A stretch of DNA of 64,000 nucleotides from Candidatus Undivivens industriae (GTDB lineage Bacteria; Omnitrophota; Gorgyraeia; Gygaellales; Profunditerraquicolaceae), in NCBI GenBank assembly GCA_012514745.1, contig JAAYZR010000025.1, forward strand, positions 18,930 through 82,929. Reading direction: 5' to 3'. Position 1 is the first letter of the stretch. Each line of letters begins with the position of its first letter. The translations under genes were made by a program, and so were the position numbers. The notes under the pieces were generated by a model, which saw only the letters and a list, made by a program, of their open reading frames with translations, was not told the DNA's origin and searched no databases. Positions 18,021 through 27,784 of the stretch are shown piece after piece.

Positions 18021-18129
18021 GAATTCCGGGGACACAATACTTAATTCGGTAACGAAGCCCGTTAGTACGCTGTTTGGCGAGACGAACTAATTTCTATTTT
18101 CGATTATCCGAAACTTTGGTAACAATGTA
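18021..18129. repeat. MITE-like element: 25-bp REP plus conserved module of about 85 bp
   Basis: REP AATTCCGGGGACACAATACTTAATT (18021-18045) is followed by a module that is about 80% identical to 62400-62468. The element ends exactly at the dnaE TAG stop (TAG-TACATTGTTACC). Confidence 0.6.
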
Positions 18130-21100
18130 CTATATCGTTATCGAGACCCTGTCCTCGCCGAGGATATCTTCCATCTCGTGGATGAGGTTCTCGCCGGGGG
18201 CGACGAAAAGTCCGTCTCCGACGATGACCCTGGCGCGGGATTTTGCCGAAGTATCCACATGAAGATAAACCGGCGTCTGCCCGGGGTTGGCGGCAAGCAA
18301 TTGTTTCAGCGTTTCCAGGACATTCTGCCTTAACCCGGTCAGGTTGACGTTAACGCAGGAAATAAGCCGGTAAACTTCCTCGACCGGGATCACGTCGTTC
18401 ACCACTATCTTGGGCGGTTCCTCTTTGAGATTAAGCCGGCCCTTGACGATAACCACCGCCCCGCTCAAAAGATACCTGGAGACCTTCTGAAAGGTCTGCG
18501 GAAAAACGAGCCCTTCGATAAAACCTTCCAGGTCTTCCAGTTTGAGTATCGCCATTTTCTCCTGTTTGGCGCGGGTAACGGTCTGCTTGATCTTTGCCAG
18601 CAACCCCGCTATTTTGACTTCCTCTCCGTCGGCGTGGTTTTTAAGCTTGCCGGTAGTGGTGGATGCGAAACGGGAAAGCTGACCGGCGTACCGAGCCAGA
18701 GGATGGCCGCTGACGTAAAACCCGAGCATCTCCTTCTCGAAAGCGAGTATCTGCGGCTCCGGCCACTCCTTGACTTCGGGGAGTTTGACGCTGCCGCCGC
18801 CGAGGGAAGCCTCCAGCGAGCCTCCATCGTCGAAGAAAGACAATTGGCCGCTGTTCTGCTGTTTCTGGATGCGGGCAACCGTATCCAGTATCTGCTCCAG
18901 TCCCATCACCATCGCCGCCCTCACCGGAGAGATCGAATCAAGAGCCCCGCATTTTATCAAACTCTCCAGCACCTTCTTGTTCACCGCTCTCAAGTCTATC
19001 CTGCGGCAGAGATCATACAACGATTCGAAGCGCCCGCCGGATTTTCTCGCCGCGATTATAGATTCCACCGCCGCCGCCCCCACATTCTTCACCGCCAGCA
19101 GCCCGAAACGGATGCTCTTTTCCCCGGCTACGGTGAAGAACGCGTCGCTCTCGTTGACGTCCGGGGGAAGTATGCCGATCCCCATGCGCACGGATTCGTT
19201 TATGTATTCCACTATCTTATCGGTATTGTCGCGTTCGGAAGTAAGCAGCGCCGTCATAAATTCCACCGGATAATTCGCCTTGAGATATGCGGTGCGGTAA
19301 GAAATCAACGCATACGCGGTACTGTGCGATTTATTGAAACCGTAACCGGAGAAATATTCTATGAAATCGAATATCCTGCCGGCCACGGCGGAGGATATCG
19401 AGTTTTTCGCCGCCCCCTGCAGAAAAGCGCTCCTCTGCTGCTCCATTACCTCGGGATTCTTCTTGCTCATCGCCCTGCGCAGAAGGTCCGCCTGGCTCAG
19501 GCTGAAGCCTGCCAGCGCGGAAGCGATCTGCATGATCTGTTCCTGGTAAACTATGATCCCGTAGGTCTCCCTGAGTATCCCTTCCAGCAGTTTATGGTCG
19601 TACTTTATCGGAACGAGCTTATGTTTGCGCTTGATGAAATCTTCAAGCATGCCGGAACCTATGGGCCCCGGGCGGTAAAGGGCGAGCAGGGCGATTATGT
19701 CCTCGAAACGTTCGGGTTCCAGCTTTCTCAGCAGATCGCGCATCCCGGAGCTTTCCACCTGGAATATGCCGACGGTCTGAGCGGAACTGAACAGCTTATA
19801 AGTGGCCGGGTCGTCCAGAGGGATATTGTCTATGTCTATGGTTATCCCCTGCCTTTCCAGGATGTTTTTCAACGCCATCTCGATAACGGTCAGCGTTCTC
19901 AACCCGAGAAAATCCATCTTCAACAGGCCGATCTTCTCAAGAGAAGACATGCTGTAACCGGTGGTGATCTGTTCGTCCTGCGTCTTGAAGAGCGGGGCGT
20001 AGTTGTCGAGCGGCTTATCGCCGATCACCACTCCCGCGGCGTGTATCGAAGCGTGCCTGTTGAGCCCTTCCAGATTCAAAGCCACGTCCATCAGCTCGGT
20101 AAAAGAAGGGTCGCTTTTATAAAGTCCCTTTAGCTCCGGCTCGTTCTGAAGCGCGTCCTTGAGCGTTATGTTGGGATCGGAAGGTATCAGCTTGGCGATC
20201 CTGTCCACATCCGCGTAACTCATGCCCATTACCCTGCCCACGTCGCGCACCACGCCTCGCGCCTGCATGGTGCCGAAGGTTATGATCTGCGCGACGTTGC
20301 TGCGCCCGTATTTGCGCGTTACGTAATCTATTACCTCCTGGCGGCGTTCGAAACAAAAATCTATGTCTATATCCGGCATGCTGACCCTGGCGGGGTTGAG
20401 GAACCGCTCGAAAAGCAGGCCGTATTGCAAAGGATTGACGTCCGTTATCCCGAGAAGATATCCCACCAGGCTGCCGGCCGCGCTGCCTCTTCCGGGCCCC
20501 ACGGCGATATCGCGGCTCCTGGCGTAATTGATGAAATCGCAGACGATAAGAAAATACCCGGTGAATCCCATTTGAGCTATCATCTTCAACTCGTAATCCA
20601 GGCGCTCTTTTATCTCCGCGGTGCAGGATTCCCCGAATCGTTTCTTCAGCCCGCCGGCGCAAAGCTCGCCCAGGTATTCCTCCTTGCTCTTGCCGCCGGG
20701 GACCTCGTATTTGGGGAGGTGATGACCTTTGAAATCCAGTTCCAGATTGCAACGGCCGGCTATCTCCCTGGTGTTGGCAATCGCTTCCGGTATCTCCGCG
20801 AATGCGCCGCGCATCTCTTCCGGAGACTTGAAATAGAACTCGTCGCTCTGAAAACGGAACCGGTTCTTGTCCTCTATGGTGGACTGGGTCTGTATGCACA
20901 GCATTATTTCGTGGCTGCGGGCGTGTTCTTTTTTAAGATAATGGACGTCGTTTGTGGCTACGAGCGGAATGCCCAGCTCGGAAGATACCCTGACCAGACC
21001 TTCGTTGACCGCGCGCTGATCCGGGATGGAATTCTCCTGCAGTTCAAGATAAAAGTTGTCGCGCCCGAATATAGAGCGCAGGTCGTCCGCCGATTTGAGC

Positions 21101-21564
21101 GCGTCGTTAAAACGTTTCTCTCTTATCAAAGACGGGACCTCTCCTTTTATGCAGGCGGTCAGCGCGATCAATCCCTGGCTGTGGGCCGAAAGCGCTTCTT
21201 TATCCACCCTCGGACGGTAATAAAACCCTTCCAGATAACCTATGGAAACCAGTTTCATCAGGTTGTGGTATCCTGTTTCATCCTTGGCAAGAAGTATCAG
21301 ATGGTTGGAGGACTCTTCCGAGGTCCTGTCCAGGCGGCCGCGCGGCGCGACATATACTTCGCAGCCTATGATCGGCTTTATGCCGGCTTTCTGCGCGGCG
21401 AGGTAGAACTCGATGGCGCCGAACATATTGCCGTGGTCGGTTATCGCCAGGGAGTCCATCTTATAATGGGAAGCCGTCTGCAGCAATTCGTCTATCCGGC
21501 AGGCTCCGTCCAGAAGGCTGTATTGCGTGTGCAGATGAAGATGGATGAATTCGGAATGGGACAT
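18130..21564 (-). CDS. dnaE: DNA polymerase III alpha subunit
   Basis: 1144 aa with the N-terminal PHP domain (HLHLHTQYSLLDG) and polymerase core. Confidence 0.9.
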   Translation of the reverse strand: MSHSEFIHLHLHTQYSLLDGACRIDELLQTASHYKMDSLAITDHGNMFGAIEFYLAAQKAGIKPIIGCEVYVAPRGRLDRTSEESSNHLILLAKDETGYHNLMKLVSIGYLEGFYYRPRVDKEALSAHSQGLIALTACIKGEVPSLIREKRFNDALKSADDLRSIFGRDNFYLELQENSIPDQRAVNEGLVRVSSELGIPLVATNDVHYLKKEHARSHEIMLCIQTQSTIEDKNRFRFQSDEFYFKSPEEMRGAFAEIPEAIANTREIAGRCNLELDFKGHHLPKYEVPGGKSKEEYLGELCAGGLKKRFGESCTAEIKERLDYELKMIAQMGFTGYFLIVCDFINYARSRDIAVGPGRGSAAGSLVGYLLGITDVNPLQYGLLFERFLNPARVSMPDIDIDFCFERRQEVIDYVTRKYGRSNVAQIITFGTMQARGVVRDVGRVMGMSYADVDRIAKLIPSDPNITLKDALQNEPELKGLYKSDPSFTELMDVALNLEGLNRHASIHAAGVVIGDKPLDNYAPLFKTQDEQITTGYSMSSLEKIGLLKMDFLGLRTLTVIEMALKNILERQGITIDIDNIPLDDPATYKLFSSAQTVGIFQVESSGMRDLLRKLEPERFEDIIALLALYRPGPIGSGMLEDFIKRKHKLVPIKYDHKLLEGILRETYGIIVYQEQIMQIASALAGFSLSQADLLRRAMSKKNPEVMEQQRSAFLQGAAKNSISSAVAGRIFDFIEYFSGYGFNKSHSTAYALISYRTAYLKANYPVEFMTALLTSERDNTDKIVEYINESVRMGIGILPPDVNESDAFFTVAGEKSIRFGLLAVKNVGAAAVESIIAARKSGGRFESLYDLCRRIDLRAVNKKVLESLIKCGALDSISPVRAAMVMGLEQILDTVARIQKQQNSGQLSFFDDGGSLEASLGGGSVKLPEVKEWPEPQILAFEKEMLGFYVSGHPLARYAGQLSRFASTTTGKLKNHADGEEVKIAGLLAKIKQTVTRAKQEKMAILKLEDLEGFIEGLVFPQTFQKVSRYLLSGAVVIVKGRLNLKEEPPKIVVNDVIPVEEVYRLISCVNVNLTGLRQNVLETLKQLLAANPGQTPVYLHVDTSAKSRARVIVGDGLFVAPGENLIHEMEDILGEDRVSITI

Positions 21565-21685
21565 TTGTGTACCGGTTTTATCCCTTGATTCTCAAAAGGA
21601 ACTTCTTTCCGGGATTATGACAAGAGCGGAATTCTACCGCGAATTACGGGATAAAATATGCCGTAATGACCCGCCTTTAAGACGT

Positions 21686-23227
21686 TCATTCCCACTCTAT
21701 GGTGGCGGGAGGCTTGGAACTGATATCGTAGACTACGCGGTTAATGCCTTTAACCTCGTTTATGATGCGGTTGGATATTTTCTGCAGCAGTTCCGGGGCA
21801 AGCCTGGCCCAGTCCGCCGTCATGCCGTCTATGCTCGTCACGCAGCGTAAAGCGGCCACGTTCTCATAGGTGCGTTCGTCGCCCATGACTCCCACGCTCT
21901 TGACCGGAAGAAGTATCGCGAAGGACTGCCATATCTGTTCGTAACAGCCCGCGGCTTTTATTTCCTCGATCACGCGCTTGTCGGCTTCCCTGAGTATATC
22001 AAGCCGGGCTTTCGTCACTTCCCCGATGATCCTGACGGCAAGCCCCGGACCGGGAAAAGGCTGGCGGTAAAGAACGAAATCCGGCAGCCCCAGCTCTTTG
22101 CCTACGGCCCTGACCTCGTCCTTGAACAGTTCGCGCAAAGGTTCCAGGAGCTTCAACTTCATGTGCTCCGGCAGACCGCCCACATTGTGGTGGCTCTTGA
22201 TACGGCTGCTGGGAGCGCCGGTGGGAGAAACAGATTCTATGACGTCCGGATAAAGCGTCCCCTGACCGAGGAACTTCACGCCCTTGACCCTGGCCGCCTC
22301 CTCCTCGAAAATCTTGACGAATTCGTTGCCGATGATCTTTCTTTTCTGCTCCGGATCGCTCACGCCTTCGAGCTTGGTCAAAAACCTTTTAGCGGCGTCC
22401 ACGCAGTAGAGATTGAGACGAAAATTGCTGGTGAATACTTTCTTTACCTGCTGCGCTTCGTCTTTTCTAAGCAATCCGTTGTCTATAAAAATGCAGCGCA
22501 GGTTCTTGCCGATGGCGCGGTGTATGAGCAGCGCGGCTACGGAAGAATCAACTCCGCCGCTCAAACCCAGCACCACTTTATCCTTTCCGACGGTTTTCTT
22601 GATATTCTCCACCGATTCTTTAACGAAGGAGGCCATGGTCCAGCGGCTCAAACAGCCGCAGATCTTGAAAAGAAAATTGCCGAGTATCTGACTTCCTTTT
22701 TCGGTATGGGTCACTTCCGGATGGAACTGCACCGCGTAAATCCTGCGGTTCTTGTTGGCGACCGCCGCGATCGGGCTGTTCATGGAGTGGGCAAGCGTCC
22801 GGAAACCGTCCGGAAGCTTCTTCACCAGGTCCCCGTGGCTGGCCCAACAGGTAAGGTTGCCGGGCAGATGATGGAAAAGATCGGAATTGTCGTCTATAAA
22901 CAACTCGGTGCTCCCGAATTCCCTGTCTTTGCCGACCCTGACCTTGCCTCCGAGCATCTCGGTGATGACCTGCATACCATAGCATATCCCGAGTATGGGA
23001 ATGCCGAGCTTGAATATACCTTTATCCGGGTAGTGTCCTTTGCCTCCGGCTACCGAAGAAGGGCTTCCGGAAAGGATCAAACCTTTCGGGGCCATGGCGG
23101 CTATCTGCCCGGCGGGGGTGTTATATGGTATTATACGGGAGAAAACCTTGTTTTCCCTGACCCTGCGCGCGATCAACTGTGTGTACTGCGATCCGAAATC
23201 AAGTATAAGTATCGTTTGTCTGCTCAT
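21686..23227 (-). CDS. guaA: GMP synthase (glutamine-hydrolysing)
   Basis: N-terminal GATase domain, ATP-PPase SGGVDSSV motif and C-terminal dimerisation domain ending ATIEWE. Confidence 0.9.
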   Translation of the reverse strand: MSRQTILILDFGSQYTQLIARRVRENKVFSRIIPYNTPAGQIAAMAPKGLILSGSPSSVAGGKGHYPDKGIFKLGIPILGICYGMQVITEMLGGKVRVGKDREFGSTELFIDDNSDLFHHLPGNLTCWASHGDLVKKLPDGFRTLAHSMNSPIAAVANKNRRIYAVQFHPEVTHTEKGSQILGNFLFKICGCLSRWTMASFVKESVENIKKTVGKDKVVLGLSGGVDSSVAALLIHRAIGKNLRCIFIDNGLLRKDEAQQVKKVFTSNFRLNLYCVDAAKRFLTKLEGVSDPEQKRKIIGNEFVKIFEEEAARVKGVKFLGQGTLYPDVIESVSPTGAPSSRIKSHHNVGGLPEHMKLKLLEPLRELFKDEVRAVGKELGLPDFVLYRQPFPGPGLAVRIIGEVTKARLDILREADKRVIEEIKAAGCYEQIWQSFAILLPVKSVGVMGDERTYENVAALRCVTSIDGMTADWARLAPELLQKISNRIINEVKGINRVVYDISSKPPATIEWE

Positions 23228-24384
23228 TTCCCCATTCCGACTCTCTGTCCTACCTGGAAGATCTTCCCTTCCGTCTGTATGGAAGGAGCGATGATGATCT
23301 CCACGTTATGCATCTCCTTAAGATTAGTCGCCCCCAGAGATCCCATGGATGTCTTCAGGGCCCCGATAAGGTTCTGTGAACCGTCGTCCACCTTGGCCGG
23401 CCCGAAAAGTATCTCCTTCAGGCTTCCGGTGGTGCCGACGTAAATACGAGTTCCCCTGGGCAGGTTCATGTGCGAAGTGGCCATACCCCAGTGGTAACCC
23501 CTGCCCGGGGCTTCCTTGGCGCGCGCGAAACTGGAGCCGATCATGACCGCGTCCGCTCCGCTGGCGAACGCCTTGCAGATATCTCCGCCGCGGTTCATTC
23601 CTCCGTCGGTTATGATGGGAACATACCTGCCCTTCGTCTTAAAGTAAAAATCCCTGGCAGCGGCGGCGTCCACAGTCGTGGTAACCTGCGGCACTCCTAT
23701 GCCGAGCACGCCCCGGGTAGTGCAGGCCGCGCCGGGCCCCACCCCGACCAGCAAGCCGGAAGCTCCGGTCTCCATAAGAGCGAGGGTGGTCTCGTAAGTA
23801 ACGCAGTTGCCGAGAATAACCGGGATCTTCATCTTCCTGCAAAAAGCCTCCAGATCCAGGCTCTTATATTCCTTGGCGATATGCTTTGTGGTGGTAACGG
23901 TGGATTGGACGACAAAGATGTCGGCCCCTGCGCCGATCGCTATCTTTGCGAAAGCCTCGGCGTGAGCGGGAATGCAGCTGACTACCGCTATGCCTTTACG
24001 CTGCTTTATCTGCTCCACTCGTTTCTTTATAAGCTTTTCTTTAATAGGAGTCGTGTAGATTTTCTGTATAAGCTCGGTGGCTTCTTGAGGAGAAGCCTTG
24101 GCTATACGATCCAGCACTTCTCCGGGGTTCTCATAACGGGTCTGCACGCCGTCCAGGTTCAACACCGCTATACCACCGAGCTTGGACATAGCCACGGCAA
24201 AATCCACGTCCACCACGCCGTCCATGGCCGCGGCCATTATAGGAATAGAGAATTTTCTGCCCACTATTTCCAGGGAAGTATCCACTTCCGCCGGATTTAC
24301 AGTCTTATCCCCGGGGACAAGAGCTATTTCGTCGAACCCATAACACCTGCGCGCGCGTTTCCCTATGCCGATCCACTCACCCAT
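23224..24384 (-). CDS. IMP dehydrogenase/GMP reductase-family protein lacking the CBS pair
   Basis: 386 aa with catalytic loop [11 protein letters not shown] and [19 protein letters not shown]. There is no CBS subdomain insertion. Confidence 0.7.
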   Translation of the reverse strand: MGEWIGIGKRARRCYGFDEIALVPGDKTVNPAEVDTSLEIVGRKFSIPIMAAAMDGVVDVDFAVAMSKLGGIAVLNLDGVQTRYENPGEVLDRIAKASPQEATELIQKIYTTPIKEKLIKKRVEQIKQRKGIAVVSCIPAHAEAFAKIAIGAGADIFVVQSTVTTTKHIAKEYKSLDLEAFCRKMKIPVILGNCVTYETTLALMETGASGLLVGVGPGAACTTRGVLGIGVPQVTTTVDAAAARDFYFKTKGRYVPIITDGGMNRGGDICKAFASGADAVMIGSSFARAKEAPGRGYHWGMATSHMNLPRGTRIYVGTTGSLKEILFGPAKVDDGSQNLIGALKTSMGSLGATNLKEMHNVEIIIAPSIQTEGKIFQVGQRVGMGK

Positions 24385-24483
24385 TCTTCCCCCTTATGTG
24401 CTATTCAGCGCCGACAGTGCGGCGTTGTTGTAACTATCTAAAAATCAACGGGTTGCCGAATAACATTATAAATTATTTATAAA

Positions 24484-24512
24484 ATTTTACTATATCCGGG
24501 AGTGATTGTCAA
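24484..24512 (-). promoter_or_regulatory. sigma70-like promoter (TTGACA-17-TAAAAT) upstream of the IMPDH-family gene
   Basis: Minus-strand reading TTGACAatcactcccggatatagTAAAAT within the 414-bp AT-rich spacer. Confidence 0.45.
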
Positions 24513-24798
24513 CTGTTTTTAACCTGCCTTCTGCAACGGGGTATCACAGTTTTGTCTTAACATACTGCGGCTCAATATGATAATTCTGCCGCGCTGGACA
24601 AGACTGCGGAAGAGAGCACGTTACGGTTATATCTATCAACTAACGTCCCAGAGCCTGAAGGCGGAGGGTTACTTATAATCCTGATACTGATCCGAGCCTA
24701 AATCCTCCGCGCCCTGAAAGGCGTGGTTCAGGCGCTGTCGAGGTATAAAACCGGCAAATTTTTCACCTTTTCCGCTCCTTCCTCGACCTGGGCGGCGT

Positions 24799-25215
24799 TC
24801 ATTGCTCCCAATTCACCACATCATCCGAACTCTCTACCCCGTCCTTGCCGTAGGAATAAAGATCGTAATCATACGCGCGGTGTGTCCCCGGGGATTTATA
24901 CTGATACGCGTTACCCCAGGGATCAAGCGGCTTCTTCTCCACATAAGGCCCTTTCCAGTTCTTTGCCGATGGCGGCGGGGACTGCAGGGACGCCAGCCCT
25001 TCTTCCGTGGTAGGAAAAGCGCCGTTGTCTATTTCATAGAGCTTTAAAGCCATGGGGATATTCATGCCTATATCCGCCTTGGCCACCTCTATCCTGGCCT
25101 GCTCAGACCTTCCGGCCATTCTGGGGACTACCATGGATACCAGCACGCCCAGAATGATCACTACCAGCATCAGCTCAATAAGCGTAAAACCTCTGTCTGT
25201 ATCTTTATAAAACAT
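24799..25215 (-). CDS. gspG: Major pseudopilin GspG-like (type IV pilin N-terminus)
   Basis: Prepilin motif G|FTLIELMLVVIILGVL and a GspG-like C-terminus (GNAYQYKSPGTHRAYDYDLYSYGKDG). The start is set at MFYKD (25215). Confidence 0.75.
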   Translation of the reverse strand: MFYKDTDRGFTLIELMLVVIILGVLVSMVVPRMAGRSEQARIEVAKADIGMNIPMALKLYEIDNGAFPTTEEGLASLQSPPPSAKNWKGPYVEKKPLDPWGNAYQYKSPGTHRAYDYDLYSYGKDGVESSDDVVNWEQ

Positions 25216-25235
25216 ACCCCGCCTCCTAATGATGG

Positions 25236-26090
25236 TTAGCGCTCGCGCCATTCCAGCACGCTCCCTTTGCCGATGAGCGCCTCATAATTCATCGCCTCTT
25301 TGTTGAAAACATAAGTTTTGATCTTGACGCGGTAATACCGGGAGCCGGCCGTGAGCAGATCGGTGATCGCCGCAAGCGTTTGTTCCTGCGCGGTCATGAA
25401 AGAAACTCTGGAACGCATCCGGCTGAGGACCTCGGACGGGCTCTCGAACACCTCGTCGTCGGAGGTCCCTTCTTTTCCGTCCGCTCCTTTACGGAATTCA
25501 ACTATCGCGGCCGCCAGGGACTTCTCTATGCCCAGAGCGGTCAACACCTCCGCGGGAGCCGTATTTATGTTGACCTTCCCTCCGGAATAAACGCTGACGA
25601 AATTCTTCAGACCTTCGAATATCTCCCCGCTGATGCCTTCCACAAGCAGGAGTTCTTCTTTCGCCGCGAAAGGCCGCAGGGAAGAATTGACCAGCGCTTG
25701 CGCAAGTTCGGAGTTCAAACCGGGCAGCCCGGCAATGATCTCCGCCGGGCTCTGGTTGACATCTATTCTTCTTTCCTCGTCCTCTACCGTATAAACGAAT
25801 CTTCCGCCGCCTACGGACTTGTCATGTTCTTCCGACAGGCTAAAAAGAGTATCGTAGGCGGGCTTGTCGTTTACGAACAGAACGGCCTCCGCGTCGTTCA
25901 CGGCCGACTTGGCCAGATAATACGACACTATCCTGGATTCTACCGCCTGCGACATCAGGATCCTGGCCGAGGCTATACGGTATAACCCGGCGCCGAATAT
26001 TGTAAGCATCACCAATATCCATATCGCGGCGATCAGCACGCTCCCCGGGCTACCTGCCCGGCACCATAATGATCCTGCTGAATTCTTCAT
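25236..26090 (-). CDS. GspK-like minor pseudopilin
   Basis: N-terminal hydrophobic segment and HhH motif NINTAPAEVLTALGIEKSLAAAIVEFR. The start is uncertain; the ORF overlaps the upstream gene by 41 nt. Confidence 0.55.
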   Translation of the reverse strand: MKNSAGSLWCRAGSPGSVLIAAIWILVMLTIFGAGLYRIASARILMSQAVESRIVSYYLAKSAVNDAEAVLFVNDKPAYDTLFSLSEEHDKSVGGGRFVYTVEDEERRIDVNQSPAEIIAGLPGLNSELAQALVNSSLRPFAAKEELLLVEGISGEIFEGLKNFVSVYSGGKVNINTAPAEVLTALGIEKSLAAAIVEFRKGADGKEGTSDDEVFESPSEVLSRMRSRVSFMTAQEQTLAAITDLLTAGSRYYRVKIKTYVFNKEAMNYEALIGKGSVLEWRER

Positions 26091-26670
26091 CCCCGGCCTT
26101 GAAAGTTAATCTTACGGCGCCGAAAGCGCCGAGGGACTTGTCCCAGGTTTCCTGCCAGACGAACGATTGATTGTCTTTATCAAAACTCCGGTACTCCGCC
26201 GATAAACCGTTGAAGCATTCGACGTAGCGCTCCGAAGTTTCCTCATCTTCGGCGAGAATAGAAGCCATATCGGTCTCCGAACGTTTGAGCCTGTTCTCCT
26301 CCCGGAGAAATTTATAGTTTACCCGCACCACCCTGCCTCCGGGGGAGACGAATGGAAAGCTTATCTCGTCCTTCTTTCCGGAACAGCCGACGGACTGCAG
26401 CGGCAAACACTGCCTGATTTCCGAGCAGATCCTCTCGGCCTCAAGCGAGGCGGACATGCGGGAAAAACCGCCGCCGGAAGCCCTTTTCCATATTCTCACC
26501 CCGGCGAAAAAAACCGACATCAATCCCGCGGCGATTACCGCAATAATGCTCACGCAAACGAGCATCTCCACCAGAGAAAAACCGCTGCGCGCCTCCGGTC
26601 CGCTCCCGGTAACCGGGGGATGCCGGTCACTCTTCCTTTTTTTGCTTAAAATACGCGGCCAGAACGGCAT
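26050..26670 (-). CDS. Minor pseudopilin (GspJ-like) with prepilin-type N-terminus
   Basis: G|FSLVEMLVCVSIIAVIAAG prepilin motif after an unusually long leader of about 30 aa. Confidence 0.5.
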   Translation of the reverse strand: MPFWPRILSKKRKSDRHPPVTGSGPEARSGFSLVEMLVCVSIIAVIAAGLMSVFFAGVRIWKRASGGGFSRMSASLEAERICSEIRQCLPLQSVGCSGKKDEISFPFVSPGGRVVRVNYKFLREENRLKRSETDMASILAEDEETSERYVECFNGLSAEYRSFDKDNQSFVWQETWDKSLGAFGAVRLTFKAGDEEFSRIIMVPGR

Positions 26671-27043
26671 TCTTGTTTTTATTCCCTTCTTTCCAGCTCA
26701 CGGTAAGGATATCCTCTACCAGAGAAATATCCTCCTCATCCGCTTGAGGATTGTCCACAACGGTCGCCCGGTTTATGCATACTGCGGCCCTGTTTCCCAG
26801 TTGCAGGCTATTTTCCTCCTCCGCCTCCGCGATGCCGGCCTCCTCTTTTTCCCGCAGTTCCGTCTCTGCCATCTTCGCAGCCATGAACCGCACGGCGGCA
26901 ACGCGGTTGTCGCAATTGTCCAGCGCGGCCGCGATCGAAGAAAAAGAACGGACCACAAGGGCTATACCGGAGGCCAGGATGGATACCGCAACCATCAGCT
27001 CCACGAGGGTGAATCCTTCGCGCACTTCATTCTTCGTTTTCAT
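26627..27043 (-). CDS. Minor pseudopilin (GspH/I-like)
   Basis: Classic leader MKTKNEVREG|FTLVELMVAVSILA. Confidence 0.6.
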   Translation of the reverse strand: MKTKNEVREGFTLVELMVAVSILASGIALVVRSFSSIAAALDNCDNRVAAVRFMAAKMAETELREKEEAGIAEAEEENSLQLGNRAAVCINRATVVDNPQADEEDISLVEDILTVSWKEGNKNKNAVLAAYFKQKKEE

Positions 27044-27084
27044 ATCGCCCTCTTGTGCGGATCCCTCCCATTACAAATCGCGGG

Positions 27085-27621
27085 TTAAAGAACCACTATG
27101 CTGATTACTCCTTCCAGCTTGATCGATAACCCGGTCTCGTCTTTCGGCGCGAGCAATAGCCTATCGAAACCTATAAGCAGTTGATTATCCTTTACTCCGT
27201 TCATAAAAGTCAGCACCTGCGCAAGATTACCTTCCATCTTGAAATCGGCCTTGAACTTCAGCGTGTCCTTTAACTTCTCCGGTTCGGAATGCGGGCTTAA
27301 CGCCACTATGGACACTCCCGTTTCTTTGGCCAACCGTTCTATTTCCTTCATAAAATCGGAGATGACTTGAGTATGGTCTTTTTCAGCGTATTTAAAATAA
27401 CCCTGGTATGACTTGTATTCTTGGACCAGATTATCTTTATCCTGTTCTATCCCGATGTCCCTGGCGAGTCTGGCTTCCGACAGCTTGATCTGTTTATCCA
27501 GCGACCTCATCTTTTCGCCGATACCGCCGATTATGATCTTGTTAAAGAACAAGAGCAGCAATATGCCTGCGACGGCGGAGGCGATTATCTTCTGTTTTTT
27601 CTCGAGTTTGAAAGCGGCCAT
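27085..27621 (-). CDS. PilO/GspM-like bitopic assembly protein
   Basis: Single N-terminal TM, a coiled-coil segment and a periplasmic alpha/beta domain. Confidence 0.45.
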   Translation of the reverse strand: MAAFKLEKKQKIIASAVAGILLLLFFNKIIIGGIGEKMRSLDKQIKLSEARLARDIGIEQDKDNLVQEYKSYQGYFKYAEKDHTQVISDFMKEIERLAKETGVSIVALSPHSEPEKLKDTLKFKADFKMEGNLAQVLTFMNGVKDNQLLIGFDRLLLAPKDETGLSIKLEGVISIVVL

Positions 27622-27759
27622 ATAACGTCCTATCCTTTGATGCCCCCTCCGATAACTAAGGGTGCTGTTCTATTCCTCAATGCATATGTGGAAAATAGCT
27701 CAAAAGAGCACTACCTATGCCGATCCTTCGCCGGGCCTTGGCAGTAAAGTGGTCCCCTC

Positions 27760-27784
27760 AATTAAGTATCGTGTCCCCGGAATT
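27760..27784. repeat. REP-like repeat copy (variant GGGGACACGATACTTAATT)
   Basis: AATTAAGTATCGTGTCCCCGGAATT on the plus strand. The TGA stop of the gspL/pilMN-like gene overlaps the element (tTGAATTCCGGGG on the minus strand). Confidence 0.6.

Noticed and set aside
18634-20133. 499-aa plus-strand ORF. Similar long plus-strand ORFs occur at 487-1323, 2310-3044, 4007-4921, 15752-16687, 20425-21588, 22163-23443, 23470-24441, 35057-36130, 41724-42761, 44979-45899 and 46170-47675.
   Set aside because: All lie antisense to minus-strand genes with clear homology (dnaE, ilvE, lysS, glgC, guaA, atpA, the giant gene). Their translations are Arg/Gly/Pro-rich with no recognisable motifs, which is typical of shadow ORFs in GC-rich DNA.
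24385-24480. Purine riboswitch upstream of the IMPDH-family gene
   Set aside because: The 5'UTR of about 100 nt is AT-rich and lacks the conserved three-way-junction motifs of guanine/adenine aptamers. Only a short GCCGCACUGUCGGCGC hairpin is present.
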